Below, one piece after another: positions 1 through 8,946 of a DNA stretch of 64,000 bases (position 1 is its first letter; each line of letters opens with the position of its first letter). The stretch comes from Dehalococcoidia bacterium (GTDB lineage: Bacteria > Chloroflexota > Dehalococcoidia > Bin125). The notes under the pieces were generated by a model. The model did no database searches. It was not told the origin of the DNA and saw only the letters and a list, made by a program, of their open reading frames with translations. A program made the position numbers and the translations under genes. The stretch lies in NCBI GenBank assembly GCA_965204335.1, contig OZ241982.1, positions 246,695 to 310,694 on the forward strand, read 5' to 3'.

Positions 1-1179
1 GCCGCCGAACTCTGGGAGGACTTTCTCTGAGAAATCCTCGATGGTCCTCAGGATTTGGCCCTGGCTGAGTAGGCCGTTGTATTGCCACATGAAGATCCAC
101 GACACCGGCGTCACGTCCATCATCGCCTGCACCTGACGCTTGACCGAGTCCAGGGTGCCCGCGAACAGTAGGCCGTTCTCGAGCTGCTGCTCGGGCGTCA
201 TGATCTCTCCGTTGGGTGGACGCAGCGCCTCGGCGAAGCCGAACGGGGCGAACCAGGCGCCTCCGGCGAATGCGGCTGAGTGACGCCAGAGCTCCATCGC
301 TTCCTCGTCCGTGTCGGTGATGATCACGTCCCTGAGCACGCCCAGACCCTCGCCGGGCTTCAGATCCCGGCCGACTGAGGCTGCCTCCTCCTGGTAGACC
401 TCGTAGAGCCGATTCTGCAGCTCCGGGTACATCGGCGGCAGGATCGCCGTAATTCCCTCGCGCGCGCACCAGCGGATCGTCCGCTCCGACGACGCGAACG
501 GCTGGAACAGCGGCGGATGCGGCTTCTGCAGCGGCTTCGGGACGACGCCGATCTGGCGGACGATGTTGTTCTCGTCGACGCCTTTCCCGTACATCCTGGT
601 CGCTTCGATGTCCCAGGGCGTGCCGTCAGGCGGAATCTGCCAGGCCTGGCCCTTGTACTCGACCATCTCCTCGGTCCAGCACTTGCGGATGATGTTGAAG
701 TGCTCCTCGAACGCGGCCCGGTTGGCCGCGTCGATCGCGTCGTGATTGCCCGGGTGCGCCGCGTGGACACCGTGGATCTGCTGCGCCAGCGTGTCGACCC
801 AGCGGCGCTGATAGCCGCGGGCGAACCCGGCCAGCGCCCGGCCGCCGGTCATGTGGTCGAGCATCGCAATGTCCTCGGCCACTCGGATCGGATTCTGCGC
901 CGGCAGCACCAGACCGAGCTGTCCGACGCGAATCCGCTCCGTCTGCATCGCCAGGTAGAGGTCGAGCATGATTGGATTGGGCGAGACCTCGAAGCCCTCG
1001 ATGTGGAAATGGTGCTCGGTAAACCCGATCGAGTCGTAGCCCAGCGCGTCGCCGGCCTTGGCGAACGCCGAGAGGTCCTCAAGCATGTCCTGGTACAGCT
1101 CGGGACGGTTGCCGGCCATGCCGGCTTCAATGTCCTCGCGCGTGCCGACCGAAGGAAGGAAGAACAGACTGACCTGCAT
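1..1179 (-). CDS. LLM-class (luciferase-like) flavin-dependent oxidoreductase, 3' end cut by window edge
   Basis: Absent from the ORF track because there is no stop in the window. My reverse-strand translation from ATG at 1179 (GGAG 6 nt upstream) reads MQVSLFFLPSVGTREDIEAGMAG...GFTEHHFHIEGFEVSPNP...TGGRALAGFARGYQRRW... and stays open to position 1. Confidence 0.85.
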   Translation of the reverse strand, partial: MQVSLFFLPSVGTREDIEAGMAGNRPELYQDMLEDLSAFAKAGDALGYDSIGFTEHHFHIEGFEVSPNPIMLDLYLAMQTERIRVGQLGLVLPAQNPIRVAEDIAMLDHMTGGRALAGFARGYQRRWVDTLAQQIHGVHAAHPGNHDAIDAANRAAFEEHFNIIRKCWTEEMVEYKGQAWQIPPDGTPWDIEATRMYGKGVDENNIVRQIGVVPKPLQKPHPPLFQPFASSERTIRWCAREGITAILPPMYPELQNRLYEVYQEEAASVGRDLKPGEGLGVLRDVIITDTDEEAMELWRHSAAFAGGAWFAPFGFAEALRPPNGEIMTPEQQLENGLLFAGTLDSVKRQVQAMMDVTPVSWIFMWQYNGLLSQGQILRTIEDFSEKVLPEFGG

Positions 1180-1234
1180 GATGGCTCCAAACGCTGGCCC
1201 CTTCTCGCTCTGGGAGAAGGGATCGACTCTGACT

Positions 1235-1323
1235 CCCTCTCCCCCTGGGAGAGGGTGGGGGTGAGGGTCCCACGTTCCAACGCCGAATGGCCCTCACCCT
1301 AACCCTCTCCCTCAGGGAGAGGG
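1235..1323. repeat. REP-like element family A, inverted pair of units
   Basis: ccctctccccctgggagagggtgggggtgagggtcc and its near reverse complement ggccctcaccctaaccctctccctcagggagaggg are separated by 18 nt. The same unit recurs at 33896, 37721 and 40241. Confidence 0.8.
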
Positions 1324-2079
1324 AATTGAGGAGAGAAACGACGACACGGCGTCGTTGAAATCCGTGGGATTGTCGATGTTGGCGGCGTGTCCCGCATTCG
1401 GGATGACCGCCTTGGTGCTGCCGGGAATCTTGTTGGCCATGTAGTCCGTGCCGGCGAGGAACGGCTCGTCCTTCTCACCGACCAGCACGAGCGTCGGCTT
1501 GTCGATGCTGGTCAGCGACTGGATGATTCGGTTGTCGAACTGCGCCAGCATCCCCCGCGCCGCCCTGGCCAGACCGGCCGCCGAGCGGTGCGTCGAGACC
1601 CGAACCTCCTCCGATCCGCCCAGCGCCGCCAGACCGTCGCGTTCGAGCGCCTCAGCCCGCGGAATCGCCATGCCCGTGTTCCAACCCTCGCGAGCCTTGG
1701 GATTGTTGTAGCCGGGCCCGGTGTCGAACAGCATCAGCGCCCGCGTCCGGCCCGGATAGGCCACGTTGAACGCCAGCGACATGTAGCCGCCCAGCGACAG
1801 CCCGCCGATGATGGCGCTGTCGATGTTCTCGGCGTCGAGGATGGCGGCGATGTCGTCGACGGTCTCCGCTTCGCTGTAGCAGGACGGATCCTCTGGCGAG
1901 TCGGTCCGTCCGTGCCCACGCATGTCCCAGACGATCAGCCGGTGGTCCTGCGAGAGCAGCTCGAGCTGTCCGGCCCACATTTGCGAGGTGGCGCCGTATC
2001 CGTGCGAGAGAATGATCGCCGGTCCCTCGCCGTGCGCCTCGTAGAAGATGCTGACGCCGTCTCGTTCAATGTTCGCCAT
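1312..2079 (-). CDS. alpha/beta fold hydrolase
   Basis: 255 aa. HGYG oxyanion region and GLSLGGY nucleophile elbow. The last residues (SSIPSP) are encoded by the REP-A unit. Confidence 0.9.
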   Translation of the reverse strand: MANIERDGVSIFYEAHGEGPAIILSHGYGATSQMWAGQLELLSQDHRLIVWDMRGHGRTDSPEDPSCYSEAETVDDIAAILDAENIDSAIIGGLSLGGYMSLAFNVAYPGRTRALMLFDTGPGYNNPKAREGWNTGMAIPRAEALERDGLAALGGSEEVRVSTHRSAAGLARAARGMLAQFDNRIIQSLTSIDKPTLVLVGEKDEPFLAGTDYMANKIPGSTKAVIPNAGHAANIDNPTDFNDAVSSFLSSIPSP

Positions 2080-2172
2080 GAAGGATCTCCGGTGGAGTGG
2101 TCGGGGAATGGTTGTCGCTGGGTAGGATAGGGGTCGAATTGCCGACTACCTGGAATGAGACGGAGGGGCGAG

Positions 2173-4104
2173 ATGAAGACTCCGATTGGGCCGGAGATTG
2201 TCTTCGAGTTGGGCGGGGTTGGCTCTCCGGCGATTTCGCCGGATGGTTCCGTCGTTGCATATGCCCGAGCCCAGGTGGTGGACGGAACCCGGACCTCATG
2301 GCTCGAATGCGCGCCGTTCGAGGGTGGCGAATCTCGGCGGTTGACTGCCGGCGACTCCGACTCGGCGCCGTCCTGGTCGCCCGATGGTTCAGTGCTCGCC
2401 TTTCTGAGGCCGGCGTCGGCCGAGCCCGGCGCGCCGCGTCAGATCTGGCTGCTACCGACGGACGGCGGCGAAGCGAGGCGGCTGACCGATCTGACCCACA
2501 CGGTCTCCGGCTTCGATTGGCTGCCCGACGCCTCCGCAGTTATCGCCACCGTTGACATCGACCCCCATCGCGGTCAGCGCGACGGCTCGAAGACCACCGT
2601 CGTACGTGAGACCTACTACCGCGGCGACGCGCTCGGTTATCGGGAGGAAGCCTGGCACCAGTTGTTCCGGATCGACGCCTCGAAGGGTGAGGCGACCCAG
2701 TTGACCGGCGGAACCTACAACCACGCGCATCCAGTGGTGTCGCCGGACGGTCGCTGGGTGGCCTTCACCGCCGACCGCACCGTTGACCGTGAGAAGCGGC
2801 GGCCGTTCGGCTCGGAGCTGTGCCTGATGTCGACCAGGGGAGGTCACGTCGAGCGGCTAACGCCCGGCATCATGTCGGCCGGGAAGCCCTGCTGGTCGCC
2901 GGACGGCTCGGCGCTGGCGGTGTCCGTGACCGACATGTCGCAGCGCCACCAGGCCTATCTCGAGCGGATCGAGCGCTACAGCGGCAAGCGGACGCGATTG
3001 ACGGACGACCGCGTCAATCCGCAGTCGGGCTTCTTCCCCATCGCCGGGCCGCCAACGATGGCGTGGTCGGATGACAGCATCACGTTCGCCGCCGACATCC
3101 GTGGTCGCTCGGCGATCTGTCGGGTAGCTGCCGATGGTTTGTCCGAACCGGAGATGCTGCGGGCTGAAGCCGAGTTGATCAACGGGTTCGACGTGTCGGC
3201 AGACGGTCGGGCGATGGCGATCGTCTCGACGACGCCGGACGCCCCCGGCGAAGTCGTTGCGCTTGGAGATGGCTCTCAGGCCGTCCTGACCAACGGCGCC
3301 GAGGATTATGTCGAATCACACGAGATCGGCGACGTCGAGTTCTTCACGGTCGAGCGCAACGGCTGGGAGATCCCCTGCGGACTGATGTATCCGCCGGGCT
3401 TTGATCCGGACCAGTCGTACCCGCTGGTCATGGAGATTCACGGCGGACCGAACGGCTTCTTCGGGGAGGGTTTCAACGTGCTCCACCAGGTGATCGCCGG
3501 GGCGGGCTATCTCGTCCTGTTTGTCAATCCGCGCGGATCGTCGACCTACGGAGCGAAGTTCACCGACGCGGTCACCGTCGACTGGGGCGGCGAGGACTCG
3601 CTCGACCTGCTCCACGCCCTCGATGTCGTCTGCGAACGACCCTATGTGGACGCGAATCGCCTGGGAGTCCACGGATACTCCTACGGCGGATACATGACGA
3701 CCTGGCTGATCGGCCACGTGAATCGATTCAAGGCCGCCATCGCCGGCGCGCCGGTCGTCAACCTCTGGTCGATGTGGGGCGTCTCCGACATCGGACCGTC
3801 CTGGGGCTCGTACCAATGGGGCGACATGCCCGACCACAACTTCGACTGGTACCGCGAACGGTCGCCCATCACCTACGTCGACAACGTCCAATGCCCCGTC
3901 CTCATCCTGCACGGCGAACACGACTGGCGCGTCCCGATCTCGCAGGGCGAGGAGTACTTCGCCGGACTCCGCTATCGCGGCAAGAAGGCGGAGATGGTCC
4001 GCTTCCCCGGCTGCTCCCATCTCATGTTCCGCGTGGGCGATCCGGCGCTGGTCAGGGAATACTACGAGCGCATGGTGGCCTGGTTCGATCGTTTCCTGAA
4101 GTGA
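2173..4104 (+). CDS. S9 family serine peptidase (beta-propeller N-domain plus prolyl-oligopeptidase-type hydrolase domain)
   Basis: Repeated SPDGS/SPDGR propeller motifs, then GYSYGGYM nucleophile elbow and HGEHDWRVP. Start placed at ATG 2173 (GGAGGGG upstream) rather than 2155. Confidence 0.9.
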   Translation: MKTPIGPEIVFELGGVGSPAISPDGSVVAYARAQVVDGTRTSWLECAPFEGGESRRLTAGDSDSAPSWSPDGSVLAFLRPASAEPGAPRQIWLLPTDGGEARRLTDLTHTVSGFDWLPDASAVIATVDIDPHRGQRDGSKTTVVRETYYRGDALGYREEAWHQLFRIDASKGEATQLTGGTYNHAHPVVSPDGRWVAFTADRTVDREKRRPFGSELCLMSTRGGHVERLTPGIMSAGKPCWSPDGSALAVSVTDMSQRHQAYLERIERYSGKRTRLTDDRVNPQSGFFPIAGPPTMAWSDDSITFAADIRGRSAICRVAADGLSEPEMLRAEAELINGFDVSADGRAMAIVSTTPDAPGEVVALGDGSQAVLTNGAEDYVESHEIGDVEFFTVERNGWEIPCGLMYPPGFDPDQSYPLVMEIHGGPNGFFGEGFNVLHQVIAGAGYLVLFVNPRGSSTYGAKFTDAVTVDWGGEDSLDLLHALDVVCERPYVDANRLGVHGYSYGGYMTTWLIGHVNRFKAAIAGAPVVNLWSMWGVSDIGPSWGSYQWGDMPDHNFDWYRERSPITYVDNVQCPVLILHGEHDWRVPISQGEEYFAGLRYRGKKAEMVRFPGCSHLMFRVGDPALVREYYERMVAWFDRFLK

Positions 4105-4113
4105 TGTACGCAG

Positions 4114-5415
4114 TCACTTCTGCGGTCGCATGATGGCCGCGACGGGGCGCAGGGTGCGTCGAATCACGCGCTGCGCCGCGATCTGGACCTGGATCGTTGG
4201 CGGTCTCATGCGCAGATACACCGTGCCGAGAATGATGCTGATCGCGATCGACGACAGGCCCATCAGGATGAAGACGTCCTGCTCCCCGATGATGTCGGCC
4301 ACGTATCCGAAACCCAGCCCGGTAAACGACTGGACGCCGAACGGCAGGAACGTCAGCGCCGTGACCCGACCGTGGTACTCGCGTTCCGACTGGCGAATCA
4401 CTTCGGCCGTATTGAGCGTCTGGAAGGCGGAGAATCCCGAGCCGACCAGGAAGATTACCGGCAGCATCAACAACGCGTTCGGAGCCACACCGAGCAGCGC
4501 CACCCCGAGCCCGAAGGCGCAACTCATGACCAGCAGGACGCCCGCCGACCATCGAGTCCCCACCACGCCCGCGACCGACAGTCCGACGATGAACGACCCC
4601 ACGCCCATCGGCCAGGTCGTCAGTCCGAGATAGCGCGACTCGATGCCGAACACGTTCTCAAGCAGACCGGGGAGCACGTTCTGGTAGGGACCGGCGGTTG
4701 CGGAGACCAACAACAACGACGCCAACAGCACCCGCAGTCGGGGCTGTTGCCAGGCGTACCGCAGGCCAAGCAGCAACTCGCGGGTCACCGAGCCGCGAGG
4801 CACGTTGCGAGGGCTGCCGGGCGGCATCAGGTAGAGCGAGACGATCGTCACGACCAGGATCCCGGCCATGATGAAGTACGCGCCGTCGGCGCCGATGAAC
4901 GGCGCGAACAGCAGCAACGAACCAAGCACGGGACCGACCGACTGCGGGAACGTGAGGCCGGTCTGGAGCAGCGCGACGCCGTTGCCGACCAGGCGCGGCG
5001 GCACGATGTCGGCAACGTACGCCCGTCGCGACGGGCCGGTGAACGCGAAACAGGCGCCCAGGAACAGCGTGCTGACCGTCAGCCAGATCACTTCGATCCG
5101 GCCGATCACGATGAGAAATCCGATTAGCGCGTAGTTGATCGCGATTGCCGTCTGCGCCAGCACGATCAGGCGGCGCTTCGACAGCCGGTCGGTCAACGCG
5201 CCGGCGAACGGGCCGATGAAGAACCAGGCGATCCCGTTGCCGGCCATCGCGAGTGCCACGGATGAGTTGGTGCCACCGAGGTCGAATGCGACGATCGGCA
5301 GGACCGTGAAGTTCATCGAGAAGGACATGAAGGCCATCACGGTCAGCAGCCAGTGCAGGCGGAAGAGACCGACGCCGAAGGCTTCAAACGTCTGACCGAT
5401 GCCCGAGCGAATCAT
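4114..5415 (-). CDS. MFS transporter
   Basis: 433 aa with about 12 hydrophobic segments and a GALTDRLSKRR loop motif between TM2 and TM3. Confidence 0.85.
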   Translation of the reverse strand: MIRSGIGQTFEAFGVGLFRLHWLLTVMAFMSFSMNFTVLPIVAFDLGGTNSSVALAMAGNGIAWFFIGPFAGALTDRLSKRRLIVLAQTAIAINYALIGFLIVIGRIEVIWLTVSTLFLGACFAFTGPSRRAYVADIVPPRLVGNGVALLQTGLTFPQSVGPVLGSLLLFAPFIGADGAYFIMAGILVVTIVSLYLMPPGSPRNVPRGSVTRELLLGLRYAWQQPRLRVLLASLLLVSATAGPYQNVLPGLLENVFGIESRYLGLTTWPMGVGSFIVGLSVAGVVGTRWSAGVLLVMSCAFGLGVALLGVAPNALLMLPVIFLVGSGFSAFQTLNTAEVIRQSEREYHGRVTALTFLPFGVQSFTGLGFGYVADIIGEQDVFILMGLSSIAISIILGTVYLRMRPPTIQVQIAAQRVIRRTLRPVAAIMRPQK

Positions 5416-5470
5416 GTCCCGTGATCGTATGATGTGGACAGGTTTACGTCAGAAGCTGGAATCAATAGGG

Positions 5471-6013
5471 ATGAGTGGCATGGACGTTGACACGGCTATC
5501 AAGGAGCGCCGGACGATCGGCGTGTTTTCAGACCGCCCGGTGGCGCAGGGCGCGATAGAAGAGCTGATTGAGGCGGCTCGCTGGGCGCCTAATCACAAGC
5601 ACACCGAACCCTGGCGGTTCCACGTCGTCTCGGGCAAGGCCCGTGAAGAAATGTGCGAGGCCATCCTCGCCGGCGGCGGCGAGTTCGCCAAGGATCCGCG
5701 GGGCAAGCTGATGCGTTCGCCGCTCTTCATCGCGGTGACGCAGCGGGCCGTGCTGGACGATCCGATCCGCGACCAGGAAGACTACGCCGCCGTCTGCTGC
5801 GCCGTTCAGAACATGATGCTGGCCGCGACGGCTCGGGGTCTGGCCTCGAAGTGGAGCACGGGCGCCCTGGCCGAGAACCCTGCGGCCAAGCGCTGGCTGG
5901 GAATCGGCGAGCAGGACCGGATCGTTGCGTATCTCTACCTCGGCTACGCGCCCGACGAGATGCGCGAGATGCCGGCCGAGCGTCGGCCGGCCGAGGTCAT
6001 CTGGCGCGGATAG
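5471..6013 (+). CDS. nitroreductase family protein
   Basis: IKERRTIGVFSDRPV...AARWAPNHKHTEPWRF. The track ORF starts at 5399 but that overlaps the divergent MFS start, so ATG 5471 is preferred. Confidence 0.85.
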   Translation: MSGMDVDTAIKERRTIGVFSDRPVAQGAIEELIEAARWAPNHKHTEPWRFHVVSGKAREEMCEAILAGGGEFAKDPRGKLMRSPLFIAVTQRAVLDDPIRDQEDYAAVCCAVQNMMLAATARGLASKWSTGALAENPAAKRWLGIGEQDRIVAYLYLGYAPDEMREMPAERRPAEVIWRG

Positions 6014-6019
6014 CAGCGC

Positions 6020-6547
6020 TTACTGCCGGGAGAGAATGAACTCGGCGATCGCCTCGGCAGCGAGTTCGCGGTTGCCCGCTTCCGTGTGCCCGGATCGCTT
6101 CCTTGGGACGAGGCCGTGATTCCCATCCGGGATCCAGCTGAGTTGGATGGCGGGCGACAGGTCGTACGCCTCGACCTCTTCCCTGGTCCCGTACTCGTCC
6201 CGCTCGCCCTGGACGATCAAGGTCGGCGTGGCCATCTGCTGCAGATGGATCGTGATTGCGGACGACGGGTTGTTTGGAGCGTGGAACGGATAACTGATGC
6301 AGACCATCCCCGCGGGCTCGACCGCGTCGGCGATATAACTGGCGATCCGACCGCCCATGCTGAGGCCGCCGATGAACAGCTTGTTCGGCGGCACGCCCTG
6401 CCCTGCAAGCTGCTGGACAACCTGCACCCAGGCCGCCGCGAGCACGTCCTCCGGATCGGGCGGCCAGGGACGCTTGCCGGTCTCCATTGCCCGCCGCATG
6501 TAGGGGAAGTCGAAGCGCGCCACGCGGACGCCGCGCTCGGCGATCAT
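6020..6547 (-). CDS. alpha/beta hydrolase of the KANL3/Tex30-like (dienelactone-hydrolase-like) type; true 5' end uncertain
   Basis: GGLSMGGRIAS nucleophile elbow and C-terminal DGNHGL. Family-like sequence TLLLTHGAGASS continues in frame upstream of the first ATG, up to 6661, with no ATG/GTG/TTG. Confidence 0.7.
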   Translation of the reverse strand: MIAERGVRVARFDFPYMRRAMETGKRPWPPDPEDVLAAAWVQVVQQLAGQGVPPNKLFIGGLSMGGRIASYIADAVEPAGMVCISYPFHAPNNPSSAITIHLQQMATPTLIVQGERDEYGTREEVEAYDLSPAIQLSWIPDGNHGLVPRKRSGHTEAGNRELAAEAIAEFILSRQ

Positions 6548-6665
6548 CTCGGCCAGCGCCGTGGTGTTGGGATGGGTCGACGACGCCCCTGCGCCGTGGG
6601 TCAGCAGCAGCGTCGGCGCAGGCGGCGACGCGGGCAGATTCCAGACCAGCGGTGTCTCGATGGGT

Positions 6666-6715
6666 GCCCCCCTCTGTCCCTACGGGACATCTCCCCCCGC
6701 CGAGCGGGGGGAGAG
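6666..6715. repeat. REP-like element family B (double hairpin)
   Basis: gcccccctctgtccctacgggacatctccccccgccgagcggggggagag. Copies at 37347 (same orientation) and at 51575 and 58175 (opposite orientation). Confidence 0.8.
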
Positions 6716-6729
6716 ATTTCATACTGTTC

Positions 6730-7818
6730 CTAACTGGTCCGGGCGATGATTGGGGCCATCTCGTCGATCAGGTCGTTCGCCGCGGCCGGACCGAGCGCGT
6801 GCATGGCGAGGTGGTCAACGCCTCTGGCCTCTGCCTGTTCCGCTTTCTCGATGATCTGGTCCGGAGTGCCGATGATCATGTCTTCCAGGCGGTCGCGCGT
6901 GATGAACTCGGCCTCGCCCTCCTTGAGGTAGCTGTAGTGACCCTCGTGTACGTCGAGGTAGAGCCGGTCGGTGGGATGTCCGCGCTGCTCGGCGTAGGCC
7001 GTGATGTACTGGTGGTACTGGGCCGCGCCGTCGGGGTCCATGCCCTTGAGATTGCCGCCCCATCCGCCGTACTCGGACTCCCACACGGTGTGGTTGTAGA
7101 CCGCGGCCACGGCGCCGGTCCGATGGATCACACGCTCGGAGATGATGTCCTCGCCGTCCTCCAGCACGCACGCGCCGACCAGCCCGACCGTGTACGGCTT
7201 CTCCGCCGAGCGACCCGCCGATCGGGCCGCGTCCTCAATGATCGGGAAGGCGGAATCCAGCCACGGCCCCGTCCCCGCAGTGACGAATCCGTCGCCGACC
7301 TCTCCCACCACCGCCGTCGCTCGCGGGCCGTTGGCGGCGATGTAGATCGGGATGTGGTCCTTGATGTTGTAGAAGTCCGGATGGTCGGGATGGATCAGCC
7401 GGATCCAGGTCTCGCGCCCGGTGACGTCGTCGGTGTGCAAAGTGTCCTTGCCGTCCAGCAAGTCGCGCACCTGCTGCGCGTACTCGCGGAACTTCCTCAC
7501 CGGGTACGACGGCAGACCCATCGTGTTGCGGCCGGTGTAACCCGTGCCCAATGCCAGGATCGTGCGGCCTGGGGCGAGCTTGTTGATCGTCGCGATCGCC
7601 GAGGCCGTGACCGGCGCGATCCGGTTGGAGGGAATCGAGACGTGCGTGCCGAGCTTGATCGTGGACGTGCGCTCGGCGGCCAGCGCCATCGCCGCGTAGC
7701 AGTCCGACCAGATCAGCTGCGAGTCGGGGAACCAGGCGTGGGTGAAGCCCGCCTCCTCGGCGCGCACGACTTCCTTCCACATATCGATATAGGTCGGAAC
7801 GACCAGTCCGTAGTCCAT
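6730..7818 (-). CDS. LLM-class oxidoreductase (F420- or flavin-dependent, Mer-like)
   Basis: 362 aa. AGFTHAWFPDSQLIWSDCYAAMALAA...LALGTGYTGRNTMG. Confidence 0.9.
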   Translation of the reverse strand: MDYGLVVPTYIDMWKEVVRAEEAGFTHAWFPDSQLIWSDCYAAMALAAERTSTIKLGTHVSIPSNRIAPVTASAIATINKLAPGRTILALGTGYTGRNTMGLPSYPVRKFREYAQQVRDLLDGKDTLHTDDVTGRETWIRLIHPDHPDFYNIKDHIPIYIAANGPRATAVVGEVGDGFVTAGTGPWLDSAFPIIEDAARSAGRSAEKPYTVGLVGACVLEDGEDIISERVIHRTGAVAAVYNHTVWESEYGGWGGNLKGMDPDGAAQYHQYITAYAEQRGHPTDRLYLDVHEGHYSYLKEGEAEFITRDRLEDMIIGTPDQIIEKAEQAEARGVDHLAMHALGPAAANDLIDEMAPIIARTS

Positions 7819-7838
7819 GACTGAATCCTCGCTAGTTG

Positions 7839-8927
7839 CTAGCCGCGCTTGTGGATGACTTCGCGTGCGAAGTCGTCGATGATCTCCCGTGCGCCGTCAG
7901 GATCGTTGGCGGTGAGGGCGATGTTGTCGACGCCGATTGATTCGAGGTGCTCGATTTTCTCGATGATCTGAGGTCCCGACCCGACCAGGCTGCGTTCCAG
8001 CACCTGCGGGAAGACGAAGCGTTCCTCGCCGGGCTTGAGATAGACCATGTGACCCTCGTGGACGTCGAGGTAGAGCCGGTCGTCGGGCGTGCCCCTGGCG
8101 GCCGAATACTCGCGGATGTAGTTGTGGTACTCGCCCGCGAGGTCGGGATTGTCCATGCCCAGATTCGCGCCGGGGCCGTAGGCCGCCTCCCACATCGCGT
8201 GGACGCCGGGCACCATGCCGGGGCCGAGGATCCGCATGATGCGTTCGGAATCCAGGCCCTCGCCGTCGTGCAGGACGAGTCCGGTGGTGAGTCCGACGGT
8301 GTAAGGCTTCTCGGTCGATCGGCCGGCCGCTTCTGCTGCGGCGGCGATCACCGGGAAGCTCTGTTGCGCGTTGAGTCCCATTCCGGTCGTGACCCAGCCG
8401 TCGCCGACCTGTCCGGCGACTTCCAGCGCACGCGGTCCGTTGGCTGCGACGTAAATCGGGATGAAGTCGTCGAGGTTGAGGAATTCGGAGTGCTGGCCGT
8501 GGATCAGCCGGATCCAGCGTTCCTGGCCGGTGACGTCGTCGGTGTAGAGCACATCCTCACCGTTGAGCAGTCCGCGCACCTGTTGGGCATACTCGCGGTA
8601 GCGCGCAATCGGATATGCGGGCAGACCCATCGTGTTGCGACCGGTGTAGCCGGTGCCGATCCCGAGAATGATCCGTCCTGGCGCGAGCTTGTTCAGCGAA
8701 GCAACGGCGGACGCAGTCACCGGCGCGATCCGGTTCGACGGAATCGCGACCAGCGTGCCCAGCTTGATCGTCGACGTGTGGTGCGCCGCCAGCGCCATCG
8801 CCGCGTAGACATCCGAGTAGATCAACTGGGAGTCATAGAACCATGCGTGGGTGAATCCGGCGGCCTCCGCCCGTTGGACCTCCTGCCAGGCGTTGATCCA
8901 GCTTGGGATTCCGATTCCGTAGTGCAT
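7839..8927 (-). CDS. LLM-class oxidoreductase, tandem paralog of 6730..7818
   Basis: Start at ATG 8927 (MHYGIGIPSW, AGGA upstream) gives 362 aa, the same length as its neighbour. The 504-aa track ORF has an Arg/Ser-rich N-terminal artefact. Confidence 0.9.
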   Translation of the reverse strand: MHYGIGIPSWINAWQEVQRAEAAGFTHAWFYDSQLIYSDVYAAMALAAHHTSTIKLGTLVAIPSNRIAPVTASAVASLNKLAPGRIILGIGTGYTGRNTMGLPAYPIARYREYAQQVRGLLNGEDVLYTDDVTGQERWIRLIHGQHSEFLNLDDFIPIYVAANGPRALEVAGQVGDGWVTTGMGLNAQQSFPVIAAAAEAAGRSTEKPYTVGLTTGLVLHDGEGLDSERIMRILGPGMVPGVHAMWEAAYGPGANLGMDNPDLAGEYHNYIREYSAARGTPDDRLYLDVHEGHMVYLKPGEERFVFPQVLERSLVGSGPQIIEKIEHLESIGVDNIALTANDPDGAREIIDDFAREVIHKRG

Positions 8928-8946
8928 GGAGAGGTCCTTTCCCTGC

